Assembly: GCA_039935455.1 (NCBI GenBank)
Contig: JBDTKF010000146.1
Coordinates: forward strand, 22,543 to 86,542
DNA: 64,000 nucleotides
Source of the DNA: Ginsengibacter sp.
GTDB lineage: Bacteria; Bacteroidota; Bacteroidia; Chitinophagales; Chitinophagaceae
Direction: 5' to 3'
The position numbers were made by a program, and so were the translations under genes. Of this stretch, positions 1 through 10,258 are shown in pieces. The notes under the pieces were generated by a model. The model was not told where the DNA came from, ran no database searches, and saw only the letters and a program-made list of their open reading frames with translations. Within the stretch, counting starts at the first letter, position 1. Each line of letters begins with the position of its first letter.

Positions 1-1
1 T

Positions 2-238
2 GGGATTGACATTCACGCTACGGCAGGAAAAGGAGATGTCGGTTTTTGTGGCCATTGGACTTTAGAAATTTCCTGCAAAGTTCCGGTAAGAATTTATGGA
101 GGAATGCCAATCGGACAATTAATTTATTTCCCCATAGAAGGCGACGTTGAAATAAAATACGACTCAAAGAAGAATGCAAAATACAGCAATCAACCAGACA
201 GACCTATTGAAAGTATGATGTGGAAAAACAGTTTTTAA
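2..238 (+). CDS. dcd: dCTP deaminase, C-terminal part (truncated by window start)
   Basis: Own translation of frame 2: GIDIHATAGKGDVGFCGHWTLEIS...IYGGMPIGQLIYF...SMMWKNSF*. Stop TAA at 236-238. Confidence 0.9.
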   Translation, partial: GIDIHATAGKGDVGFCGHWTLEISCKVPVRIYGGMPIGQLIYFPIEGDVEIKYDSKKNAKYSNQPDRPIESMMWKNSF

Positions 239-327
239 ATTCTTTACCAACAGATTGTTATATAAAGTTCAAGGCTGGGACAAATTCTGCTTTGCTTAGC
301 GCTCAGTCTATAATCGCAAATAAATTT

Positions 328-1143
328 TTATTGCAATTTATAAGCAGACACCGTGTTACCTAAAAATGTAGGAACGTAAACGATTTTATTAATAGGATCA
401 AAACCAATATCAGCAGTATTCTTATTCTGATCGTGCGTGTCTAATAAATTTTCAATTTTACCATCCGCTTTTACATAATAAATATAGCCAACCCATGCAC
501 TGACAATAAAATCGCCGTTGCCGATTGGTTCAATACCATCAATTCCCTGAGGCAATTCAGCTATTTTTGTGACCTGTTTATTTTCATCAGCTTTCATCAA
601 AGATTTCCCGCGGGCAAATATCAAATCATTTCCAATCGCTTTTAATCCATTCGCACCTTCAATGTTGTCCAAAAATAGAACTGGTTTGGAATCTTCAATG
701 CGCCAGATTTTAGACGTTTTAGAATCGGATACATACACAATTCCGTTGTCGCTTACTGTTATATCATTTAAGCCTGACGCACCTTCTATCTGAATTCTCT
801 TTTCTATTTTACGTTCGTTCAGATTAATAACTACCACTTCATTTATGTCAGCAGCATACAAAAGGTTTTCGTATCTGCCCAAACCTTTCGGTGCATTTAG
901 ACCGGTAATCCAGGTCGAATCATAATTTTCCCCATCTAAGGACAATTTCCCAATACCACCCTTTCCATCTGCGTCCCACGCCCCACCATCTATTAACGAA
1001 ATATATAAGGTATTTTCTCCAGGTAGTACCGACTCTGGAACAGCAACGATCGCATCTGTTTCCCATATTTTCTCTAGTTTGTGTTGTTGCGCATTTGCCG
1101 AAGCTGCAATCATCATGAAAAATGCCGGAAATAAATATTTCAT
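328..1143 (-). CDS. Secreted SMP-30/gluconolactonase-like beta-propeller protein
   Basis: Signal peptide MKYLFPAFFMMIAASANA; repeated PESV / APKGL / LNDITV / GANGL / GIDGI blade motifs. Start moved from TTG 1170 to ATG 1143. Confidence 0.7.
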   Translation of the reverse strand: MKYLFPAFFMMIAASANAQQHKLEKIWETDAIVAVPESVLPGENTLYISLIDGGAWDADGKGGIGKLSLDGENYDSTWITGLNAPKGLGRYENLLYAADINEVVVINLNERKIEKRIQIEGASGLNDITVSDNGIVYVSDSKTSKIWRIEDSKPVLFLDNIEGANGLKAIGNDLIFARGKSLMKADENKQVTKIAELPQGIDGIEPIGNGDFIVSAWVGYIYYVKADGKIENLLDTHDQNKNTADIGFDPINKIVYVPTFLGNTVSAYKLQ

Positions 1144-1223
1144 AAAAATATATTTTAAATAAGGGTTCAAATTTGATGCCGCTTCTCCATGTTTACTTGA
1201 TTTTTTTTAGATGTTTGGTAATT

Positions 1224-2489
1224 CTACCCAACTTTACTATTTACTAATTCAATTACCGTTATCTCAGCTAAGATTCCAACCCTGCCGGGATATCCGATAA
1301 AACCAAACCCGGGATTTACATACAATTTCTGTTTTCCTTCTTCATACAATCCATCCCATTGCTTATACACATATTGAACCGGGCTCCATTTGAAACCTGG
1401 AATTTCCACACCAAATTGCATCCCATGTGTATGGCCGCTAAGGGTCAAATCAATGTCAGCATATTCAGGCCTGATTTGCGCATCCCAATGACTCGGATCG
1501 TGGCTAATTAAAATTTTGAACGGAATTTTTTCGCTTCCATTATATGCTTTTTTCAGATTCCCATATTTTGGGAAACGTGCCTTTGCACTCCAATTCTGAA
1601 TGCCGATTAAAGCAATTTTATCTCCGTTTCTCTCAAGCTCTATATGCTCATCCATCATCAACCGCCAGCCAAGTTCTTCATGAACTTTCGCAAGATTAAT
1701 GAGGTTTTGTTCTTTCGTAATCCCCTTATAAGGCCACTTTACATAATCTCCGTAATCATGATTTCCAAAAGTAGAATATACGCCCATCGGGGCTTTTATT
1801 TTATTAAAAACATCCATATACTCTTTCATTTCTGTTGAACGGTCATTCACCAGATCACCACTGAAAATGACCAGATCTGCATGCTCCGCTATGATTTTTT
1901 CAACCCCACGCATCACGGATGGTTTATTCATAAAACTTCCTGAATGTACATCACTAAAATGAACAATCTTCAATCCTTCGAAACCCGGGGGCAGATTATC
2001 AAATGCAAGTTTTAGATGTTTTACCTGGTAATTATATTTGTTTGAAAATCCGTAAATCAAACTGCCAAAGAGCGTAGTTCCAGCGGTCAATCCAATCCAG
2101 CTAAGGAATACAGAGCGGCTAATGCCATCATTATTCATTTGTGAAACTTCCGTATTTCTAAAAAAAGTTTTTCCGGCAAGCCACTGAATCAGACGGCGAA
2201 AATCATCCACCAGGAAAAAGACTGAGGAGATCAATTGACCAAAAACGAACGCAAGAATACTGGCAATGAGATAAGTTCTTACCTTCTTAGGAAAAAAATC
2301 CGGGTCATTAAAAATCATAAGTAACACGCTTCCTATTGCAACAACCGAAGCCAGCCAGTATATCGAAAAAATGACAGTTCTCAATCTGGAAGACGCAGAA
2401 TGACTCACCGATTTTATAGCCATGAAAACATAGATATCCAGTAAAATCATAATCACAATTATGAAAAAAGTTCCAATTGGCGTACGCAT
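1224..2489 (-). CDS. Membrane-anchored metallophosphoesterase (YkuE/YaeI-like)
   Basis: N-terminal TM helices; calcineurin-like motifs SDVHSG, GDLVN, GNHD, SHDP, GHTHG. Confidence 0.9.
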   Translation of the reverse strand: MRTPIGTFFIIVIMILLDIYVFMAIKSVSHSASSRLRTVIFSIYWLASVVAIGSVLLMIFNDPDFFPKKVRTYLIASILAFVFGQLISSVFFLVDDFRRLIQWLAGKTFFRNTEVSQMNNDGISRSVFLSWIGLTAGTTLFGSLIYGFSNKYNYQVKHLKLAFDNLPPGFEGLKIVHFSDVHSGSFMNKPSVMRGVEKIIAEHADLVIFSGDLVNDRSTEMKEYMDVFNKIKAPMGVYSTFGNHDYGDYVKWPYKGITKEQNLINLAKVHEELGWRLMMDEHIELERNGDKIALIGIQNWSAKARFPKYGNLKKAYNGSEKIPFKILISHDPSHWDAQIRPEYADIDLTLSGHTHGMQFGVEIPGFKWSPVQYVYKQWDGLYEEGKQKLYVNPGFGFIGYPGRVGILAEITVIELVNSKVG

Positions 2490-2510
2490 TGTTTATTCTT
2501 TTAATTGCGT

Positions 2511-3008
2511 TTAGAAAATAAGAAACTCATCTATTTGTTTGTTTACTACTTTTAGGGTCTCTTCATTCAGATGCCCTTCTTCGTTCATTATTTTATCAAT
2601 CACCGAAATTGGAAGCTTGTTATAAAAAACTGTCATCTTCAAATAATGTAGCGTGTCTGAAAGATGATCCATCCCCCGCAAATTTCCAGCTCTACCGGTG
2701 GCCACTCCTGTCAACAGTGCTTTCTTGAAATTCCATACTTTTCTGATGTCGCTGTTATCTATCAGTGCTTTCAGAACGCCGGGGTAGGATCCGTTATATT
2801 CAGGAACGATAAAAATAAATTTTTTTGTGGGGATCAAAATTTCAATTTCCAATTTCGCAATTTCTTCAGAACGATGTAGTACATCAAGGTTTTTTAATGA
2901 AAATATTTTTGCGTCAATGTTCTTATTTTTCAGAATTCGCTGATATTCTTTGGCAACTCTTTCCGTGTGGCTTCCTATGCGGTTTGTGCCGCTGATAATC
3001 GTGTACAT
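2511..3008 (-). CDS. NADPH-dependent FMN reductase
   Basis: SGTNR, PEYNGSYPGVLKALID and GRAGNLRG motifs. Confidence 0.85.
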   Translation of the reverse strand: MYTIISGTNRIGSHTERVAKEYQRILKNKNIDAKIFSLKNLDVLHRSEEIAKLEIEILIPTKKFIFIVPEYNGSYPGVLKALIDNSDIRKVWNFKKALLTGVATGRAGNLRGMDHLSDTLHYLKMTVFYNKLPISVIDKIMNEEGHLNEETLKVVNKQIDEFLIF

Positions 3009-3128
3009 AAATATAAAATTAATTGCTTTTCATCTTATTGGTAAATCAAAATAACAAATTGTTAGAAGTTAGGGTATTAATAAATAGTGATTAACCATAG
3101 ATTATGCCTTAATATTATGCCTAATAAT

Positions 3129-3136
3129 TAAATTTG
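3129..3136 (+). promoter_or_regulatory. Bacteroidota -7 promoter element upstream of parA
   Basis: TAAATTTG matches TAnnTTTG, about 90 bp before the ATG. Confidence 0.6.
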
Positions 3137-3226
3137 CCGGAATGGCAGATTTAATCAAAAAGTGAAAGCCAAAAATTTCAGAGGAAAGATTTTTAAAAAA
3201 GAATAACGAACAACCGACATAGAATT

Positions 3227-4033
3227 ATGGGTAAAATTATTGGAATTGCAAATCAAAAAGGCGGCGTGGGTAAAACAACTACAGCAATTAATCTTGCTGC
3301 AAGCCTGGCTGTACTTGAATTTAAGACTTTACTGGTCGATGCAGACCCGCAGGCTAATACAACTACGGGCGTTGGTTTTGATCTTCATAATGTAACAACT
3401 GGACTATATGATTGTATGGTAAATCAAACACCTGCAAAAGATGTGATCTTAAAAACCGAAATTCCGCATCTTGATTTGATGCCCTCTCATATTGATCTGG
3501 TTGGAGCTGAAATTGAAATGATCAGTTACCCGGATCGGGAAAGTGTTTTGAAAAATGTATTGAAACAAGTCCGTGACGAATATGACTTTATTATTATTGA
3601 CTGCTCTCCCTCGCTTGGATTAATAACCGTGAATGCGCTTGTGGCCGCAGATAGTGTAGTAGTGCCGGTTCAGGCAGAATTTTTTGCTCTGGAAGGTTTG
3701 GGAAAACTTTTGAATACAATCAAAATTGTACAAAACAGGCTTAATCCTGAGTTGCAGATTGAAGGACTATTGATGACGATGTATGATGGAAGATTACGCT
3801 TGTGCAACCAGGTGGTGAATGAAGTACGTCACCATTTTGAAGAACTTGTTTTTAACAGCGTAATACATCGGAACACCCGCCTGAGCGAGGCTCCGAGCTT
3901 CGGCAAGCCCGCTATACTTTACGATGCAGATAGTAAAGGCGCAATTAATTATTTGAACCTGGCAAAAGAAGTTCTTCAAAAAAATAATATGACCAATATG
4001 AATTCGAAAGACAAAGTGTTGGAGCATCCATAA
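3227..4033 (+). CDS. parA: Chromosome partitioning ATPase ParA/Soj
   Basis: [11 protein letters not shown] deviant Walker A, DADPQAN, DCSPSLG. Confidence 0.97.
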   Translation: MGKIIGIANQKGGVGKTTTAINLAASLAVLEFKTLLVDADPQANTTTGVGFDLHNVTTGLYDCMVNQTPAKDVILKTEIPHLDLMPSHIDLVGAEIEMISYPDRESVLKNVLKQVRDEYDFIIIDCSPSLGLITVNALVAADSVVVPVQAEFFALEGLGKLLNTIKIVQNRLNPELQIEGLLMTMYDGRLRLCNQVVNEVRHHFEELVFNSVIHRNTRLSEAPSFGKPAILYDADSKGAINYLNLAKEVLQKNNMTNMNSKDKVLEHP

Positions 4034-4072
4034 AAATCCAAATAAAAATATTTATTGAAGCAATACATGAAA

Positions 4073-4993
4073 ATGAGTACACCAAATAGAAAAGAAGCAT
4101 TGGGAAAAGGAATCAGGTCGCTGCTACAAAATATTGACAGCGATCTTTCCGTCACAGAAAAAAGTTTTATAAAAGACGCTTCTGAAAAAACGAATCCGGC
4201 AAACGTAAGAATTCCATTAAATCAAATAGAGACAAATCCCGGACAGCCCCGCCATGATTTTGATGAAAATGCATTGAGCGAATTGGCTGCTTCCGTAAAA
4301 ATGCATGACATTATCCAGCCAATTACTGTCAGCAAAACTGCGCAAGGGAAATATAAAATCATTGCGGGAGAACGACGATTTCGTGCCGCTAAAATTGCAG
4401 GCCTCTCTGACATTCCGGTTTATATAAAAGATATCAAAGATTCAAAAGTTCTTGAACTTGCCTTACTCGAAAATCTGCAAAGAGAAGACTTAAATGCAAT
4501 AGAAATTGCACTGAGTTACAGACAATTGATTGAAGAGTTGGATTATACCCAAGACCAGCTTGCAGAGCGAATGGGCAAAGAAAGAAGTACTGTTACAAAT
4601 TATATTCGTCTGTTAAAATTGCCACCTGATATACAGGCCGCTGTGCGGAATGGAAGCATTAGTATGGGGCATGCCCGTGCGCTCATAAATGTTGATGTAG
4701 TAGACAAACAACTATACATTTTTAATGAAATAAGAAGTAAAGAACTTTCCGTGCGCCAGACAGAGGAATTAGTCAGGAAATTATATACGCCCACAAAAAC
4801 GGCTGTTAATAATTCTGTAAAAACAACGCTCCCGCCGTCTTTGAAAAAAATTGAAGATAATTTAGCATCTCATTTCAGCACAAAAGTGAAAATGACTCAT
4901 AGTAAAAAAGGAACCGGCAGCATTACTTTTGATTATTTTTCTATCGAAGAATTAAGCTCACTTTTAGATAAGATGCAGGTTTCGATAGATTAA
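4073..4993 (+). CDS. parB: Chromosome partitioning protein ParB/Spo0J
   Basis: LGKGIRSLL N-terminal motif, NPGQPR, GERRFRA, ENLQREDL, HTH. Start probably ATG 4073 (ORF open from 4055). Confidence 0.96.
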   Translation: MSTPNRKEALGKGIRSLLQNIDSDLSVTEKSFIKDASEKTNPANVRIPLNQIETNPGQPRHDFDENALSELAASVKMHDIIQPITVSKTAQGKYKIIAGERRFRAAKIAGLSDIPVYIKDIKDSKVLELALLENLQREDLNAIEIALSYRQLIEELDYTQDQLAERMGKERSTVTNYIRLLKLPPDIQAAVRNGSISMGHARALINVDVVDKQLYIFNEIRSKELSVRQTEELVRKLYTPTKTAVNNSVKTTLPPSLKKIEDNLASHFSTKVKMTHSKKGTGSITFDYFSIEELSSLLDKMQVSID

Positions 4994-4997
4994 CATT

Positions 4998-5687
4998 ATG
5001 TCAGCACGATCATTTATTTTTTCCATTTTATTCATACTCCTTTTACTGCCAGGATCCGAAATTTTTGCGCAGCAGATAGAGGATACAGTTTTAATTAAAA
5101 ACGATACTACAATCATTGATGACGGAGGCCCTGTTGTCATCAAGGAAACTAAACCCGATACGACCGGGAAAAGTCTTTTATCGCTGGATAAAACTTCAAA
5201 AAAATTTAATCCAAAAGTAGCTACGCTTCGGTCATTAATTTTGCCAGGATGGGGACAATGGTATAATAGAAAATATTGGAAAATTCCAATCGTTTATGGT
5301 GCTTTAGGAATAACGGCTGGAGTGTTCTTTTATAATTTGAAAACCTACAGACTATTGCGGCTTGGCGTAATTTATCTTTCAGATACAATTCCAGGAAATG
5401 ACCGACTTGTTGATCCTCAATTTGCAGGCCTCTCTTTACAATCTCTTCGTGTTTATAGAAATGCTTACCGCCAGAATATAGATTATTCTGTTCTCGCTTT
5501 TCTGGCTTTCTGGGGTTTGAATGTTTTAGATGCCTCTGTTGACGCGCATTTAAAGGCTTTCGACGTAAGCCCGGATATCAGCATGAAAATTCGTCCGGGT
5601 TTTAATTATATGTCAAACAATGCAGGACTTTCGCTGGTCTTCTTTTTTAAAGATAAAAACAAAGTTCCCAGGTTGGCACTTCCATAA
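4998..5687 (+). CDS. DUF5683-family membrane protein
   Basis: SLILPGWGQWYNRKYWKIPIVY and DASVDAHL motifs; position between parB and dapB is typical of Bacteroidota. Confidence 0.8.
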   Translation: MSARSFIFSILFILLLLPGSEIFAQQIEDTVLIKNDTTIIDDGGPVVIKETKPDTTGKSLLSLDKTSKKFNPKVATLRSLILPGWGQWYNRKYWKIPIVYGALGITAGVFFYNLKTYRLLRLGVIYLSDTIPGNDRLVDPQFAGLSLQSLRVYRNAYRQNIDYSVLAFLAFWGLNVLDASVDAHLKAFDVSPDISMKIRPGFNYMSNNAGLSLVFFFKDKNKVPRLALP

Positions 5688-5721
5688 ATTTTTTAATTAT
5701 ACATAATTATCAGTTATTATT

Positions 5722-6438
5722 ATGAAAATCGCTTTATTAGGTTACGGAAAAATGGGCCATGCTATTGAAGAAATTGCTCTTCAAAGGGGTCATACAATTG
5801 TATTACGGATAACAGATGAAAACCTGGAAGAACTGACAGTAGGGAATCTCAAGGATGCAGATGTAGCCATTGAATTTACCAATCCAAAAAGCGCAGTAGA
5901 GAATATATTACTTTGTTTGAACAATAATATAGCCATTGTTTGTGGCACCACTGGCTGGTTGAATCTATGGGAAAGCATCAAAGAAAAATGCAAAGAAGTA
6001 AATGGAAGTTTTGTATATGCCAGTAATTTTAGTGTGGGTGTAAATATTTTTTTTGAATTGAATAAAAAATTAGCAACGCTGATAAAGCCACACCCGGACT
6101 ACGATGTAAAGCTTGAAGAAATCCATCACACTCAAAAAAAGGACGCACCAAGCGGAACTGCAATCACACTTGCAGAACAAATTATAGGCCTATCAGGCAA
6201 TAAAAATAAATGGGTAAATAACGAGACCACAAACGAATCTGAGCTTTCAATCATTAGTAAAAGAATTGATGAAGTTGCCGGAACGCACGTTGTAAAATAC
6301 TTCTCTTCAGTTGACGATATTGAGATTATTCATACTGCACATAATAGGAAAGGATTTGCGGAAGGTGCTGTTTTGGCTGCTGAATTTATCGTCGATAAAA
6401 AAGGAATTTTTTCAATGAAAGAAGTCCTGGGATTTTGA
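5722..6438 (+). CDS. dapB: 4-hydroxy-tetrahydrodipicolinate reductase
   Basis: GYGKMG, GTTGW, ASNFSVG, EIHHTQKKDAPSGTA. Confidence 0.97.
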   Translation: MKIALLGYGKMGHAIEEIALQRGHTIVLRITDENLEELTVGNLKDADVAIEFTNPKSAVENILLCLNNNIAIVCGTTGWLNLWESIKEKCKEVNGSFVYASNFSVGVNIFFELNKKLATLIKPHPDYDVKLEEIHHTQKKDAPSGTAITLAEQIIGLSGNKNKWVNNETTNESELSIISKRIDEVAGTHVVKYFSSVDDIEIIHTAHNRKGFAEGAVLAAEFIVDKKGIFSMKEVLGF

Positions 6439-6525
6439 AAACTATCATCAGTTCGATGAAGAGATAATTCCTGTGTAAAATTTTCATGAATTTCCATTTC
6501 AAAATTCTGTTCTACACTTAATCCT

Positions 6526-6557
6526 AAAAATAAAGCCTTCCAAGTAGAAGGCTTTAT
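6526..6557 (-). terminator. Intrinsic terminator of the barrel gene (possibly bidirectional)
   Basis: ataaagccttc-caagta-gaaggctttat, 11-bp stem with a T-run on the minus strand, between convergent genes. Confidence 0.75.
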
Positions 6558-6576
6558 CGAATAAAAACTTTTTCTA

Positions 6577-7071
6577 TCAAAAATTATAAGCAACCCGGAA
6601 GTTTACAGAACCAGTAGTATTGCTGTTTTTGCTATATGCCAAATACTTCAAACCAAGATCCAGGTTTGGACTTACATAATAGCCCAGGCTTGGGGCATAC
6701 GCGAATGCACCGCTACCTCCTTTGCTTGTAGAAACAGCATAACCCAATTGAGCATGCCCGTACATTTTGCCGGTTTCACCAAAAAAGAACTTGGCACCAG
6801 CAAGGATCGGAACAATTCCAAAAGTGCTTTTGAAACCCGACGGGACATCCTTTATTTTGTAACCTTCGTATCCAACGCTGCCAGTGATTCTTGTGGTAGG
6901 AGCAACAGCAAAATCAGCCTGCAAGTCTGCGCCATAAGCAATAGAAAGCCCGGATGTTGTCGGGATACCTATATTAGCCGCCAGGCTTAAAGTCGTTGAT
7001 TTTGCATCCTGTGCTTTTACACTTATAGTTGTAAACGCAACAGCGGCAAATACTAATAATAATTTTTTCAT
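6577..7071 (-). CDS. Small outer-membrane beta-barrel protein
   Basis: Signal peptide MKKLLLVFAAVAFTTISVKA; alternating beta-strand pattern; C-terminal RVAYNF. Confidence 0.8.
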   Translation of the reverse strand: MKKLLLVFAAVAFTTISVKAQDAKSTTLSLAANIGIPTTSGLSIAYGADLQADFAVAPTTRITGSVGYEGYKIKDVPSGFKSTFGIVPILAGAKFFFGETGKMYGHAQLGYAVSTSKGGSGAFAYAPSLGYYVSPNLDLGLKYLAYSKNSNTTGSVNFRVAYNF

Positions 7072-7169
7072 CGTTTGTGTTTTTAGTTTTTAAAATTTTG
7101 TTTAATAAAAATTAAAATACAAATATCAAATATATTTTTATTACACAATCATTATAAGCAGGAATTCTT

Positions 7170-8120
7170 TTACAATTGTTTCTGAATATTCACAATCATA
7201 TCTTTTGTCATTGCGGCAAGATCATATTTGGGTTTCCAACCCCAATCATTTTTTGCGAACGTGTCATCAATACTTCGTGGCCAGCTTTCAGCAATAGGCT
7301 GGCGATAATCAGGTGCATACTTAATTTCAAAATCGGGAAGATATTTTTTTATTTCAGTGGTTATTTCTTTTGGAGAAAAACTCATACTGGAAATATTATA
7401 AGAAGTGCGAATTGAAATTTTTTCTTCGGGAGATTCCATCAATTCTATCGTTGCCCGGATCGCATCAGGCATGTACATCATTGGCAAATACGTGTCTTCT
7501 TTCAGAAAGCATGTATATCGGTTTTCTTCTACCGCCTCATGAAAAATTTCAACCGCATAGTCTGTCGTGCCGCCGCCAGGTTCACTTTTGTAGCTGATCA
7601 GGCCCGGATAACGCAAGCTGCGTACATCAATTTGATAGCGGTGATGAAAATAATTACACCAAAATTCTCCGGCATATTTGCTGATACCATACACCGTAGT
7701 CGGTTCAATGATAGTTTGTTGAGGGCAATTTATTTTCGGTGATGTCGGACCAAAAACTGCTATGCTGCTCGGCCAATAAACTTTATGTACATTTTCATCT
7801 TTTGCAATTTCCAATACATTGATGAGACTTTGCATATTCAGGCTCCATGCAAGGTGCGGATTTTTTTCGCCGGTGGCAGACAAAATTGCGGCAAGTAAAT
7901 AAATCTGTGTAATATTTTGTCTGATCACCTGCACATGCAGCATTTCTTTATTCATTACATCAAGACTTACATAAGGTCCTGTTCCTTTTAGTAATTCGTT
8001 TTCAGCACGGAGATCAGAGGCTATTACATTACCGCCGCCATACATTTTACGAAGTTCTAAAGTAAGTTCTACTCCAATCTGTCCACAAGCACCAATCACC
8101 AATATTTTTTCTTTGATCAT
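7170..8120 (-). CDS. tdh: SDR-type L-threonine 3-dehydrogenase / NAD-dependent epimerase
   Basis: GACGQIG, LAAILSATGE, YGISK, PGGGTTDYAVEIF, MMYMPD. Confidence 0.85.
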   Translation of the reverse strand: MIKEKILVIGACGQIGVELTLELRKMYGGGNVIASDLRAENELLKGTGPYVSLDVMNKEMLHVQVIRQNITQIYLLAAILSATGEKNPHLAWSLNMQSLINVLEIAKDENVHKVYWPSSIAVFGPTSPKINCPQQTIIEPTTVYGISKYAGEFWCNYFHHRYQIDVRSLRYPGLISYKSEPGGGTTDYAVEIFHEAVEENRYTCFLKEDTYLPMMYMPDAIRATIELMESPEEKISIRTSYNISSMSFSPKEITTEIKKYLPDFEIKYAPDYRQPIAESWPRSIDDTFAKNDWGWKPKYDLAAMTKDMIVNIQKQL

Positions 8121-8337
8121 TATATCTTTTTGTGTCGCAAATTAAAATCTAAAAAAAACATAACCAAAACAGCTTTCACAAACTGTATCCGAACTGTCAG
8201 TTATTTTGAATTCTAGATTTCAAAAAGATGCTCTCAATAGAGCACATCCAAAACAGTAAACGAACTAATTTTCTATTTTTCTATTCCAGGGAAACAGAAA
8301 AAACTTATCAGAATTTGTATTTGTCCCGCAAAATGAT

Positions 8338-8721
8338 TCATTGTTTTAATTCTTTCTCTTTGATTGTAGCTTCCAGTTTTTCATTTTTCATTCCAACTCT
8401 TACGAAGCCAAAAATACTCATATAAATATTCGCTATCCAGACGAGTGCGAAACCTCCAATTATATAGCCTCGCCAATCTGCAAATAGTAAATGATAACCG
8501 GTAATTAACAGGAATAGAATGGTTATATAGTGACTGAAACAATACTCGCACGTAAAGAGATAAAAAAATTTTCGCACCAAAAGACTTTTACTGACTTTAG
8601 ATTTTCTGATACAAAAGTTACGAGGCTCTTTAAACACTTCTTCATGCGTTACGGTCCATGTTATACATGCAATGGCTAATGGCAATAAAAAAAGATCGCG
8701 AACCTGATTTAATAAATCCAT
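8338..8721 (-). CDS. Conserved hypothetical membrane protein with CxxC (DUF1360-like)
   Basis: Three hydrophobic segments; TVTHEEVF and LFTCEYCFSHY motifs. Start set at ATG 8721. Confidence 0.6.
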   Translation of the reverse strand: MDLLNQVRDLFLLPLAIACITWTVTHEEVFKEPRNFCIRKSKVSKSLLVRKFFYLFTCEYCFSHYITILFLLITGYHLLFADWRGYIIGGFALVWIANIYMSIFGFVRVGMKNEKLEATIKEKELKQ

Positions 8722-8737
8722 ATTTATTGATTTGATT

Positions 8738-9019
8738 TTATGATCGGAGAACATTATTATTTTGATTTTTATAGCGCAAATTGATTATTACAATCAATAA
8801 ATTCAAGCACAAGGAAAACAGATTTGCGAAAATAATTATCCAATCTTCTATACGGAATCCATACCAGATCCACAAAGCAAGGCCTGCAAGTAATGTAGCC
8901 AGCATCCACATTGAAATATCGGATGCTTTTTTTTCTTTTATCAATTTTATCAATTGGGGCAAAAGAGAAATACCCGTGAATATACTTGCCAGGATTCCTA
9001 TGATAGTTGTACTTGTCAA
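8738..9019 (-). CDS. SemiSWEET / PQ-loop family transporter
   Basis: SLLPQLIKLIKEKKASDIS (PQ loop), WIWYG, three TMs. Likely TTG start at 9019 (ORF open to 9070). Confidence 0.85.
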   Translation of the reverse strand: MTSTTIIGILASIFTGISLLPQLIKLIKEKKASDISMWMLATLLAGLALWIWYGFRIEDWIIIFANLFSLCLNLLIVIINLRYKNQNNNVLRS

Positions 9020-9316
9020 ATGAATGTCTTTGGTGTAATAAAAACAATAAAACTTATGAATAAAATACATGCCAATTTTTGAAAAAAAACTGTTGAATCT
9101 TTATAAAAGTTGATTCAAGTAATAAAGACAAAATAGATCAACCAATCAGTTATCTGGCAGGAATGAAATACACGCGCCAGCAAAGTTTATTCAAAATCAA
9201 ACTTTTTGTTTTGTACAGTCGATAATCTTAAATCAGGATGTAAAGTAATTTCGATTGAGTATAGACATTATATGGTTTACAAAAAAACAAAAAGACATTT
9301 TTCTTGGTTTACTAAT

Positions 9317-9356
9317 AAAAAAGCCCCACGCGTTTAAAAAAAAACGGTGGGGCTAT
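9317..9356 (-). terminator. Intrinsic terminator
   Basis: agccccac...gtggggct stem with inner cgttt/aaacg pairing and a T-run on the minus strand, just after the stop at 9371. Confidence 0.8.
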
Positions 9357-9370
9357 TGATATAATAATAA

Positions 9371-10258
9371 TTATTTCAACTTAGCAACCTGATCATTGTA
9401 ATACTTAACTGTTGCAATCACATCAGGCAAACTATGATACCAATTCGATTCATGTTCAATTGAAAACATTCCATTGAAATGCTGACGTTTCAATTCCTGG
9501 AAAATGGGAGGAAAATCAATTACACCCTTACTCACAATTGTATCTGCCGCCTTTGTATCATCAAACTTAACGATGTCTTTTAAATGCACCCCGAAAACAT
9601 GGCCTTCTAATTTCTTTAACGCATCAACCGGATTTATCCCATTTCTTGCCCAATGCCCTACATCAGCGCATGAGCCAATATTTGGATGTCCGACGGTAGC
9701 CGCTAAAACAGAATCCGGACTCCAATAAGCATTTGGTTTTGGATGGTCATGAATCGCCACTTTTATTCCGTAAGAACCTGCCATGCTATCAATCATATCC
9801 CATTGATTTTTTAGCGGTTCTGCAGTTATATAACTGAGCCCAAATTCTTTGGCAAGATCAAACGCCTTTTTCCATTCCTCGCGGTTGGCCGGTACAATAA
9901 CGCCCATCGCAACCATATGAATTCCTTTTGACTCAAGCATTTGTTTCAATTTCGTTTTGCTTGCCTCAGACATGGTAAGATTAAAACTGTCTTTCATCCC
10001 TGCGCCGAGTGGTTGCCCCCAAAACGCTTCAATATTTTTTACCCCGGCACTATCAACTTTATCCAGTGCTTCAGCAAAAGTAAAAACCCTGAAAGTCCAC
10101 ATCTGTACACCTATTTTCCAATTGTCGGTTACATTTGATGTGTCATTTACGGTTGCTGTTGAGTCAGAATTGGAAGTAGTTTTTGACTCCGAAGAATTGC
10201 ATTCAGTAAGAGCAAAAATGCAAACCAATCCAAGAAGTGTAAAAGCAATCTTTTTCAT
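9371..10258 (-). CDS. Exported sugar phosphate isomerase/epimerase-family (AP endonuclease 2 TIM barrel) lipoprotein
   Basis: Signal peptide with Cys, Ser/Thr linker, AIHDH, CADVGHW, VHLKD, SIEHE. Confidence 0.85.
   Translation of the reverse strand: MKKIAFTLLGLVCIFALTECNSSESKTTSNSDSTATVNDTSNVTDNWKIGVQMWTFRVFTFAEALDKVDSAGVKNIEAFWGQPLGAGMKDSFNLTMSEASKTKLKQMLESKGIHMVAMGVIVPANREEWKKAFDLAKEFGLSYITAEPLKNQWDMIDSMAGSYGIKVAIHDHPKPNAYWSPDSVLAATVGHPNIGSCADVGHWARNGINPVDALKKLEGHVFGVHLKDIVKFDDTKAADTIVSKGVIDFPPIFQELKRQHFNGMFSIEHESNWYHSLPDVIATVKYYNDQVAKLK

Noticed and set aside
3009-5000. parS sites or DnaA boxes near parAB
   Set aside because: No TGTTCCACGTGGAACA-like palindrome or TTATCCACA cluster was seen in a manual scan; a motif search could still find degenerate copies.
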